NCBI RefSeq assembly: GCF_009914755.1 | Contig: NC_060931.1 | Length of the DNA stretch: 64,000 nucleotides | Reading direction: 5' to 3' (one strand) | Source: the human T2T-CHM13v2.0 reference genome, Homo sapiens | In this document: in pieces, positions 52,630 through 64,000 of the stretch | How positions within the stretch are numbered: position 1 is the first letter of the stretch | Layout: each line of letters begins with the position of its first letter | The notes under the pieces: model-generated | What the model saw: the letters and a program-made list of their open reading frames with translations, nothing else | Databases searched by the model: none | Told to the model about the DNA's origin: nothing | Program-made: the position numbers and the translations under genes

Positions 52630-54320
52630 GTTGTTAAGGTCTAGCTTACACTGAAGTGCAAAATATACAGTTTTTTTTGCTCCATACACTTTTAAATATG
52701 TATATACCCACATTAACCACCACCCAGAAAAACATACCAAACATTTTCAGCACTCCAGAAGACTCCCTTGTATTCTATCCCCAGTCAATACCTCCTCAAA
52801 AAGATAACCAATATTCTGATCTCTATCACCATGAATTAGTTTTGTCTAATGTTAAACATTATATAAATGAAGTCATATATATATTGTGATATCTAGTTTC
52901 TTTCATTCAACATCACACCCATGACAGTCATCCATAGTACTGCAATATAGTAACAGTTCGTTCTTTTTCATTACTGTATGGTATCCTATTGAATGAATGG
53001 TACCACAATTAATTTATGCTTTCTACTATTCATGGACATTTGGTTTACTTTCACGTTGCAGCTATTATGAAAATACTGCCGTGAACATTCTTGTGAATGT
53101 TTTACATGAACATTCATTCTCCTTGAGTATATGCCTTAAAGTATACGAGTTTTAGTAGACAATGTCAGTTTCCCAAAGTGGTTCTACCAGTTTACACTCC
53201 GACTATCAGTGCATGATAGTTCCTGTTCCTTCACATTCTCATTCCTTTGATACTGTCAGTCCTTTAAATTTTAGCCATTGGGTGGGTTTTATTTATTATT
53301 TCCCTGATGATTGATAGTGTAAGTACCTCTACAGGTGTACATGAAACCATGTTGGCAATTTTGATATTTCCTTTTGTCAAGTATCTGCTCAAATGCTTTG
53401 TCCATTTTTTCACGAGGTGGCGGCCAGTCTCTCTCTCTTTTTTTTTTTTTGAGTTGTAGAACTTCTTTAGATGTTCTGGATACAAGTCCCTTGTTGGATA
53501 CACATGTAACAAATATCTTCTCCCTCTCTGCAGTTTGTCCTTATCTTTTCTAAATGGTGTTTTTTAATGAAAAGATTGAATTTTCATAAAACATAATTTA
53601 TTATTTTCTTTTATGGTGGTGCAGTTTGCATCCTGTTAAGAACTCTTTATCTGTTCTAAGGTCATTGAGATATTTACCTATGTTGTGTTTTAAAAGAGTT
53701 ATTGTTCTGTCTTTGGACTTTTAAGTCTATGATCCAGCCCTAGTTAATTTTTGTGTATGATATGAAATAGGGGTCGGGTTCCTGGTATTCTGTATAGATA
53801 TCCAACTGATCCAGCGTAATTTTCTAAAAAGACCATTATTTTCTCCAATGAATTACAGTAATGCTGTTAACATAAATCAAGTGACCTTATATGTGTGGGA
53901 TTATTTATGAACTATGTAGTCTGTTCCATCGATCTACTGGATCATTCTTTAGCCAATGCCACACTGCCTTAATTAGTTTAGCTTTATAATCAGCCTTAAT
54001 ATCTGTAAATGTAAGTCCTCTATCTTTGTTCTTACTTTTAAAGATTATCCTGGCTATTCTATGCCCTTTGTATTTCTATATAAGTTTATAGTCATCTTTA
54101 CTACTTACTAGCAGGATTTTGAATGGTGTTGCATTTAATCTGTAGGTCAATTTGAAGGGTACTGACCTCTTAACAAAAGGAAGTCTTCTAATTCATAAAT
54201 ATGGTACATTCCTCTCTTTTCTTAAACCTGCTTTAATTTTCCTAAGCAATGTTTTGCAGTTTTAGTATAGAAGTCTCACATGTCTGTGATAAGATGTATT
54301 TTTAGGTATTTGCCATTTTC
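52630..54320 (-). mobile_element. Degenerate L1ME-class element
   Basis: Antisense L1 3' end aacattttcagcactccagaagactcccttg...; ORF 53264..53512 is ORF2p-like. Confidence 0.85.
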
Positions 54321-57300
54321 AGTTTTTAAACGTGGCTCAGAAAATAAGCCAGTGCTTAATTAAGAAATGTGAGGCATGAATAGTATTCACATCACCTTTC
54401 TTAAGAGGTCAAAGGAACATAATCCAAATGCAAAATGAATACATAAATATAGTTAAAACTATCCAGGAGATTATCTGAGTGTTCCAGTCTTCTTACTTCC
54501 TATGAGCTGAATGTATCTGAGCATACGTTATTACTGGAGCAATGTTCTTTGAACCTGCTCCTTTATGATCTAATTAAAGCTAATGGTAGTTACTTGCAAA
54601 GCTTATGGAAGAAAAACTCAATGCTCCAGTCAATTCCTTTCATTTCCTTGACTATGCCATTTCTTCCCTCTCCCACTTCTGGGCTTTCACATATCCTACA
54701 ACTCTGCCAGAAACACTCTTACCCTTTTTTTTCCCTTTTTTCACTTGGCTACTAACTATACACTCTTCAGGCTCAACTTAAATCGTAGAATCTCTGAGAA
54801 GCCTATCTGGACCCACTGGACAAAGTTAGTCATCCCTGCTACATTCCCTAACAAGATCCTTTATGTTCTCTTTTCTAGAACTAGACTCCCTGCATTTCAA
54901 TTGCTTGATTAATGTCTGTCTTTCCTTCTACACTTTGAATTCTAGGAAGGCAGAAGCAGTGAGTGCCTGGTTCACAATTTTATTCTCAGAGCTCTGCATA
55001 GTGCCTAACACATTTTAATTGCTCAATAAATACTTGAAGGAATGACTATGAAAGTTGGGCAGAGGAGAAGAACAGGACTCTTCTTCCCTGGAAACAGAAG
55101 TCATTAAAGTCATTAAACCAACCATTGGGATGTTCCAAAGTGGAATGAATTAAAGGGACACCCATTATCCCTGGGATCCTAGTAGTTATCTTATGGGTGA
55201 TATATTTCCTCTAAATTTTTATTGTTGATAAAACATAAAATAAAAAAATTAAAGGGTTATTAAAGAAGGTCATCCTTTCAGAATGACCAGCAGATCTAAC
55301 ACTCAGGATTTATTCTATTTTTAAAAACATTTTGTCTTTTAAAAACTTTATTTTTGTATTGTATGTTACAGCTTTCTATCTATTGACTTTGGTGTTCAAT
55401 ATATTTGTTTTTGCTTTTTTAAAGAAAACCCACTGTCACTGTAAGGTTGGCAGTGTAAATGAGAATCTCCACATGGGGAGATTATATCCTTGGATGATAT
55501 ATCCCTGAAGTTGCTGCCTCCATCACTAGTGTCTGCAGGGCACAGCTTCCCAGTAAAAACATTAGCATGTACAGGGGACATGCAATGACTATTTCCATAG
55601 TTTTCCACAACACAATGGTGATCAGGCTAGAATCTCTAACCACAACTTTCCTAAAGACTCCAGAATAACAGACAAGAAATAAACATAAGAGAAGAAAGTT
55701 ACAACTAAATAGACCGATTTACAAGATTTAGTTTGCTTTTCCAGCTCTTGGTCTCCTATGGGAATGCGGGGGAAGATTAGCTTAGCAACCATCTGACACC
55801 TAAACCTACCTGACACTGAAACTTACCTACATGCCTAAAAGTCTTTACTTAAGAAAGTGAAGGTTCTATCTTAACAGTTAAAGATCATTCTGAGGACTTT
55901 TTCCCCAGATATTTGTCCCGTTAAAGGCTATTCTAACCCCCGTCTACAGATGTGGTCCTATCGCAAAGCCTGAGCAATGCAGCCACATTGGAATATAATC
56001 CAATAAGAGATACACACATACTGATGTGTATATGTTAGAGGGAGATATAGAAGGTTTTTGCAGAGGGGAATACTTTGGGGACAATTATATGCATTCAGTC
56101 AACAAAAAATTATTAAAACCCCTGGTAATGTGGTGGAGTAGAAAGGGTATCCAATCTGGGGCTAGAAGACTTGGGCTATGCCTGGATCAGAAGCTTCCTG
56201 CCTTTGTAACCCTGAGCAAGTTATTTAACCTTTCTGAATTTCTGCCATTAGATCTGGAAAATAAGCATGAGATAAATAAGAGAGAAAATGTATATGAGAA
56301 GCTTTCTTTAAAACTGTAATGCTTAATGCTATTATTATTAGGAGTTGCATGCAAGGCCCTGTGTTTAGCACTATGGAGGTCAATTATGCCTCTCTGTAAG
56401 GGCAGTTGAGAGGGTAAATGAGATAAAAACATTCAAAAGCTACAGATAAGGCATGATCTCTACTCTTAAGGAAATTTCAAGTTGTCGGAAAGTTGAGACT
56501 TGGGCACAAACAATATATAAAAAACATAGTATTTGAAAAACACCGTAAGAATAAAAAATATAGACTAGCATTTACTACATAAATTTATTGTTCATTGCAT
56601 GGTATATTATCACTAACATAGAAAGTTACCTATTAGTCTATTAAGATGCTTATCTCACTGATAAAATAAAAAGAGCTAGTTAATTTGCTAGCATCTTCTG
56701 CATACAGAAATCAATGGGCTTTTAACTTCCAAAAGCAAGGTCATAATCACTGTGCCTTCTAAATTGGCAAATGTGGTGCCTAGTCAAACAGAAAAGTGCT
56801 CAGGTGCATTTTGAAGTGCTTTGCATTTCCTATGGAAAATGCCCCTCTCATTTTGTCTCTGTAGAGTAATATGGAGCCTTACATTATAGATGTACATAAT
56901 GGTCTGGTGCCATTTCCATGCTCCAAGAGGATTACAGGAAGGGCATGCACACTGCCTTTTGCTCCAGCTGTATCTTTTATCAATAAGACGCAATGTGCTC
57001 AACAGTGAAAGGGCTACTGTCTTTACTTTGAAATAACAGCTGAATTCATATCATGGGTCATTTTGTTAAGAGGTGAAACAGTGCGGGGGTTGGAGAGGGG
57101 AGGAAATTTGCTCTAACCATGCTCCTCAGGGAATATATCACAATATATAAATCACAAGATAGCTTTCTCTCTTCCTAGGCCACTTAAAAATAATCCCTTT
57201 AGAATACACTTAGGTTTGAGAGAATAATTCATACTTGAAATAAAACCTAATGAACTATTGTGGATTAAAAGCCTATTGTATGTTAAATATACATGCAAGA

Positions 57301-57392
57301 GTATAGAAAAGATATTGGAAGGAGATGGGAGAGATGTGTAAACCATCTTTAACATTATTTTGGACAAAATATTTTTAAGATAGAAAAGAAAA

Positions 57393-57882
<490 letters not shown>

Positions 57883-57929
57883 TTAGAGCAGACTTATGAA
57901 ACTTTAAACCAAGTGATAAATTTAAATAT

Positions 57930-58025
57930 ATTCATCCAACCATCCATTCACCCATCCATGCATCTGGCCATCCACATCCATCCATCCATCCATCCACCCA
58001 CCCACCAATCCATTTATTCATCAAC
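57930..58025. repeat. (CCAT)n-type simple repeat
   Basis: catccaaccatccattcacccatccatgcatc...catccatccatccatcc. Confidence 0.85.
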
Positions 58026-58039
58026 GAATGATTATGCTT

Positions 58040-58220
58040 ACTTACGCTCAGTGTACTGTCTGGACCAGCAACATCAGCATCACCTGGGAGCTTGATAGAA
58101 ATGTAATTCTTGGGCCCTAACTTGGGCCTACGGAATCAGAAACTGGGATGGGGCACATCAATACATTTTACCAAGCCCTCCAGAAGACCCTGCTGCATAC
58201 TTAATCTTAAGAACCATCTG
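58040..58220. mobile_element. MER5A-like hAT-Charlie element
   Basis: ggaccagcaacatcagcatcacctgggagcttgatagaaatg...ttttaccaagccctccag. Confidence 0.85.
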
Positions 58221-58824
58221 CCTGGAGTGAAAAGGTTAAGAGCATGCTCTTTGAAGTCAGAGAAATTTGGGCTCGAATGTTTCTATTTAGGCTTACTGCT
58301 TCTGTGATCTAGAACAAGGTCATTTGATCCAAGCCTTAATTTCCAAATTAGTAAACATAGACACAGTATTTCAAAGCTATTGTTAGGATTAAATGAGATA
58401 ATATATACAGATGGTATCTAAAGTGTATATTGATTATACATACAGTGCTTGGTGCATAGTAAGCACTCAAGAACTGATGTCTGTTATTTTTCCAGGCATG
58501 TAGGAGCCTGGGTTAGATGCTACAGGAAACACTTTGTTAATCAGACACAGTTTCTTTCTTCAAGGGTCGTATTCTGAAAGAGGAGCTATACAGCATATAA
58601 ATAATCATGATACACATTAGGAAGTGTTAGGTGGCAAAAGAGTGGTTGTATAAAGAACCCTGGGAGAGTTTTGAAAGAGTGGAGGAAGTAACATTTGAAT
58701 GGGCCTTTGAAAAAGGGGAAGCTTGTGGATAGGCACAGATCAAGCGACAGCAATTCAGATGAAAGGAACAGGGGGAGGAGACAGGGAATCCTGGGATACA
58801 TGGTTTGGCTAATGGGATAACAGC

Positions 58825-58953
58825 AGGGTGGCCATACAATTTATTGTCCAAACAGGGACACTCTCTGAGTGAAGAGGGCATCATTAATAGTGAAGCCTGG
58901 ACAACAAACATAAATGTGGACCATGCCAGACACAGCAATCATCTGGTCACTGT
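58825..58953 (+). mobile_element. MER94-like hAT MITE, within L2
   Basis: agggtggccatacaatttattgtccaaacagggacact...tggtcactgt terminal inverted repeats. Confidence 0.8.
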
Positions 58954-59671
58954 GGAGAATAGGCTGTTGGGAATACAGTATTGGACCTAGGGAAGGAGAG
59001 TGGGCTGGGTTTGTGTGGTTCTGAACGACAGGCTGAGGGCTTTGCTTGTTAAGCAATGGGGAGCTGCTGAAGGTCCTGAGCAGGGAAGTGGCCACAGTAG
59101 AGTGGTTTTTCAGGAAGATGAGGTTGGCAGCTCTGTGTAGGCTGCTATACAAATGGAGACAGGGGATGGATGACAGAGAGATTTCCAGGGAAGAAATGAT
59201 GAGATTTTGAAACCAAATAAATGGGTCAGAAAAGAAGAAAGTGAAGCTGAATCTAAAGTTAAGATTTCAAGCTGAGGTCAACAAAAACAAGGAGGGCAGG
59301 AAAAGGGGCAGATCAGGGTAAGATATCACAAGTGTACTTTCATGCATAATGTACTCAATTTGATGGGTTCCATTACATATAAGTGACAGGGCCTCAACGT
59401 GCCACTGAGAAGGGGAAATATGAAAACTAGTTAGAGTTGTATTCTTATTCCAGTAATGTTGTCTCCATTTCTCAAAAGATAAGCCATTCAATATCTCAGT
59501 ATAGCACACAGGCTATTATCTTGTTTTGCATTTATTTTATATATCAAACACTTAAAATTGGGCAACAAGAATGTTTATGTTGTGCTTAATATGGACCACA
59601 CTCAGTTCTAAGAACTTGACAAATATTACAGATTTAATCCTCATTAGAATCTTATGAGCTTGACGTGATTA

Positions 59672-60518
59672 CACTTATGTGTCACTTAATGATGGGGACA
59701 TGTTCTCAGAAACATGTTGTTAGGTGATTTTGTCCTTGTTCACACATCATACAGTGTACTTAAATAAACCTAGACGATATAGCACCTATTACACACCTAT
59801 ACTTTTTTACAAAGTATATATTATATTACAAAGCATTATATTACACATGAGATGGCCTATTTCTCTTAGGCTGCAAACCTGTACAACATGTTATTGTACT
59901 GAATACTGTAGGCAATTGTAACACAATGATAAGTGTTTGTGTATCTGAACATATCTAAACATAGAAAAGGCACAGTAAAAATATGGCATAAAAGATAAAA
60001 ATGATAAACCTGTGTAGGGCACTTCCCACAAATGGAGCTTGCAGGCCTGGAAGTTGTTCTGGGTGAGTGAGAGTGGTGAGTGAATGTGAAGGCCCAGGAC
60101 ATTACTGTACACTACTTTAGACTGCATAAGCACTACACTTAGACTACACTAAATTTATAACAAATGTTTTTCTTTCTTTGATAATAAATTAACCTTAGCT
60201 TACTGTAACTTTTTTACTTTATAAACATCTTTAAACATTTTTAAATTTTTTGACTCTTCTGTAATAATTCTTGTCATAAAGCACAAACACATTGTACAAC
60301 TGTACAAAAGATTTCTTTAAATCCTTATTCTATAAGCTTTTTTCTATCTTTAACTTTTTTCACTTTTTAAACTTCTTTGTTAAAAACTAAGACACACATT
60401 AGCCCAGATTTGCACAGATTTAGTATCATCAAGATGTCACTAGGCAATAGGAATTGTCAGCCCCATTGTTATCTTATGGGACCACCATCATAAAATGTCA
60501 TTATATGGTACTTGACTG
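59672..60518. mobile_element. Tigger3-family DNA transposon splitting a MIR
   Basis: tgtgtcacttaatgatggggacatgttctcagaaa...; end cactaggcaataggaat...cttatgggaccaccatc...ttgactg; MIR halves at about 59570-59670 and 60518-60660. Confidence 0.85.
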
Positions 60519-63500
60519 TGTCTCCATTTTTCAGATGAAGACACTGAAATATTCAGAAGTTAAGAAACCTGCCTGAGATTATACTGCTACGAAGTGGGGA
60601 AGCCACAGTTTGAACCCAGGAGATGCTCACTGCAGAGACTGAGTTCCTCACCAAGGCACCAGGCTGTTTCTTACGCTAAAGGCATCCTAAGGGAACATAA
60701 TGGAATGGGGATTGGAAAAACTCTTAGATAATGTTTTCTTGGGGTGTTTTGTTATTTATATGAAAAGAAAAGATTTTCCAGTTATAATTATCAAACTGCT
60801 TTCATAGAACCAAAATAAATAAGATACTTTGAGAGTACAGGAAAGTTATATAAGTTCACATTGCATAATGACACACTTATTTGGTTTCTAAGTTTCATCA
60901 TTTCTACGCTGAAAATCTCTCATCTTTTCCCTCCTCTCCATTCTTGTAGCATCCTACACAGAGCTACCAAAATTAACTCTCCTCAAAACTGCTCTTCCAT
61001 GGTCGCTTCCTTGCCCAGGAACCTTCATACCGACATAATTTCATAATGTCCGATATCAAGGCACAGAGTCAAGATTCCAACCTGAACCACTCTGTTATGC
61101 CACCTTCCAAATGACAGGTGACTTCTTTGAATCACTTCGATTGTTACTATTTTAAAAGTGAGTGTGGAGTAAGGGTGGAAGCCTAGAAGGGATTTTTGGT
61201 AGAATTATAATTAGGGCATTATAAATATAGGACAGCAAGAGGTAGCTGGGACTTCAGAAATATTTTGGGAGGTAAGGAATATTTTAAACTTGGGAGTACC
61301 AGAGTTGCTGCCAATCCTGCCTCTCTTCAGGGCAGGGAAGGCCCCAAGGAGAGCAAGAGAGAACCTTTTTTGGCCATGGCTCCCTAGGGCAGAGAAGAAG
61401 CAAGCATTCAGGGCAGTACTTACAGGAATCAAGACTATGGTTTGGTGGGAGCATCCCTGTATTCTATCTTTCAGTGACGCAAAGAGGAGGGCAAGACTTT
61501 CCTTGATGAGGCCAGGGGACCATGCCAAACTGTTAGGATGGTAGATGCAGAAGCTATGCTTCCCAGTGAACCAGATTTGATACCCTGGGAGAGGAGTCAA
61601 TTAAAATAGAAATCAGGGGAGTGAGCCCGCGAGCCAACCCCTCTGCAAAGACTTCATCTGATTCAGACCCTCCTGAGCTTTTACAGAACCCAGTGCCCAT
61701 TGCAATCATAGCACTTATGAACATTCACTTAAAGATCTGTCTCCCCAAGTAAACACTGCACCCTGTGAGTGCTGGGATCTGTATTATTTGACTGTATTCC
61801 CACCAAGCCCAGAGCCTGCACAAAGCATGTGCCCTGAGTAAAATGCCTCTGAATGAATAAAATGAGGGTAGAGCTTTGATCAATTGGGGTCATTATACTA
61901 GAAGGAGGCTTATAACTCATTTAGTACAATCCTATTGTCTTACAGATGATGTGATACACAGAGGTTAAAGGGCTTACTAAGGTCCCATGTTGGGTTTAGT
62001 GCTAGAGCTGGACCCAGAACCCAGAACACACAGGCGGATTCTTTCGCCTCCTCGCTCTGCTAGGGGCATGAAGACAGAAGACAGCCCCCACAGTCATTCT
62101 AACATTTGTTGGCTGGCTATTGGGAATGCAGAATACATTTTCCCATGGAGGCAGGTTTTTTCTTCTTCTTTTTTTTAAATGGTGGTTCGGTTCCCAGGCC
62201 AGGCCACAAAAGCCTATTTACCCCATAGCTGAGCTCAACTATAAAACCAGCGGTAGCTCTGAGGCCTCACTGAACCCCCAGCTCCGAGCCTGCAGTCCGA
62301 GGGGCAGGTGGGCAGCTGGCTCTGCAAGGGGGGTAGGCAGCGCTCCCTTGAGCAGACCAGGAGTGTGGGGAGGGGGCTGGGCAGGGGGGCTGGGCAGGGG
62401 GCCCAGGCAGCAGCTGCAGGAGCCTACAGCAGCCTCTGAATGCCTTGGTGGTTCTTAAGTGGATTGTTTGTAAGTTGGGAACTGTCTGTACTTAGAAAGG
62501 CGGATTTCAAGAGGTAGGGGATCCTATTTCACTTGAAGGCCCACAGTAATGAGGGTTCTTTATTCGTAATGAAGTAAGCCACTAATTGGAGGGACGGGCT
62601 CAGGAGGCCTGGTGGAATTTTGTACTCCTGGACCAGAACTGAGTAATATTATGCAGTAGCCTGGCAACCCTTTACTTTTGCACAAAATTCATATAAAAAT
62701 CTACCATGAAGTGCCTGTCTGACATTCACTGTGTTTATTATTAATAATGATAATAACAGGGTAGCTTATACACAGCCTTAAGGCTAAGAAAGTAAATTGA
62801 ATTCTCAGTTTCTTCCAGTTTTTTTTTTTTCCCCAGTCAGATTAGGAACATTTGGAAAGTCCTTACTCTCCGAGTGGGCTGAAACCTTTCATATTTACCC
62901 AGAGGAGACATGGCTGTAGTTTCTAAGGACTCATCCAAGAGATGATCTCTTTCCTTCCTCTGCCTCCTCAGAGAGGCAGAAACATTCCATAAACTCACAA
63001 ATGTTGTAAAAGTAAATGTACAAAAAAATAATATTAATGGAACTGAAAACGTTACAGTAGAGAAATCATTTATAATAAGGTAATACAGTTAGCTCTTCTG
63101 GACTTAATGAAATGTGTTCAACTGCATTGGAATGTTCTGGTGCCCCCTGCAGGATTCTAACACCTCACAGAAATGGTTTAGTACCAATTCAGATGGCTTA
63201 GAAAACCCTACAGAGGCAATGTGTTTCTTTTCTCAGGTTCAAATCAACTTAACCTGGCTCAATCACATGCAGAGGGACAAAGCAGGAACTCAATCTAACA
63301 TTTAAAAGGTTTTTAGCCACCATAAGTTTGTCATTAGAATGGAGGTTTTTGGATCAACAACAGAAACTATTTTTGGTTTGTGAAGTTTATAAATCTAACA
63401 GTGCAAAGTTCACAGTTACATGTGTGATCTCTCAATTTTTCTGGGCTGAGTGTTTAGGGAACAAGGAAGTTTGCTTCCATGAGCCTTGCTTTGACTTAGT

Positions 63501-63894
63501 GCAGAAAAATTAAACATTCTGGAAAGTTAAACATTTAGCTTCTAAATTTTTACTGCCCTGAAATTCCTCAGGAACATGACTCCAGTATGATAATGAACAA
63601 ATGGTCATCAGAGTTGTTTATTCCATAGTTACAGGTCAGCAGATGTGAGGAACCATCGTCTGACTCCAATAAGCTTTTAAGATGATAGCTGTCCATCGTT
63701 CCTGCCCTCCACTTTATACGAGAGTAACTGAAATCACTATTTTGATGTATAATGTCCCTGCTATCATCTAGTCTTAGGTAATTTATCTGAAAGACATTGA
63801 CCAGGTCTCACTGAATTTGCAAAGAATCATGCTGGCACATAATTCTAATTATATCACAATAGCTACAACATAAATACAGTATTGTAATATTGTA

Positions 63895-64000
63895 CAGACA
63901 GTCCTGGATTTGCCATGGTTTGATTTATGATTGTTTGACTTAGAGTTTTTGACTTTGCCAAGATGCAAAAGCAACATGTATTCAGCAGAAACTGTACTTC
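63895..64000. mobile_element. MER47/Tigger5-like element, truncated by the window end
   Basis: cagacagtcctggatttgccatggtttgatttatgattgtttgact...tattcagcagaaactgtacttc. Confidence 0.7.

Noticed and set aside
55821-55840. Strong donor TAG|GTAAGT with a nearby AG (8-nt exon or recursive site)
   Set aside because: Poor pyrimidine tract and frame-shifting. Isolated strong donors are expected by chance in a long intron.

Overview
Primate (most likely human) genomic DNA lying entirely inside ICA1 (islet cell autoantigen 1 / ICA69, an arfaptin-homology BAR protein), which is transcribed from the minus strand. Seven coding exons splice with canonical GT-AG boundaries and matching phases into one continuous frame, [10 protein letters not shown]...MKDLQASLQ(E): 31106-31231, 29690-29788, 16378-16475, 14267-14319, 11487-11549, 11342-11383 and 374-643. 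By recalled numbering these are probably exons 7-13. From 31232 to the window end I find no further ICA1 exon, so this is one very long intron. The rest is ordinary mammalian intron: Alu, L1, L2, MIR, MaLR/ERVL LTRs, Tigger/hAT/mariner relics, microsatellites and a structured (CAC)n-derived VNTR. No prokaryotic-type system, RNA gene or CRISPR is present, and nearly all ORF-track entries are noise or repeat-derived. The most interesting unexplained signals are at the splicing level: (1) a frame-preserving 6-nt microexon candidate with UGC/GCAUG context just after the BAR domain (22041-22046); (2) a strong intronic acceptor plus poly(A) signal that would give a BAR-only ICA69 (29169-29689); (3) a 21/24-nt in-frame NAGNAG microexon candidate (4593-4616); (4) an AATAAA/GC-donor module abutting a (UG)n tract that can fold back onto a (CA)n tract; (5) inverted Alus bracketing a symmetric exon. 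All are predictions from sequence alone. Repeat boundaries and subfamily names are by-eye estimates.
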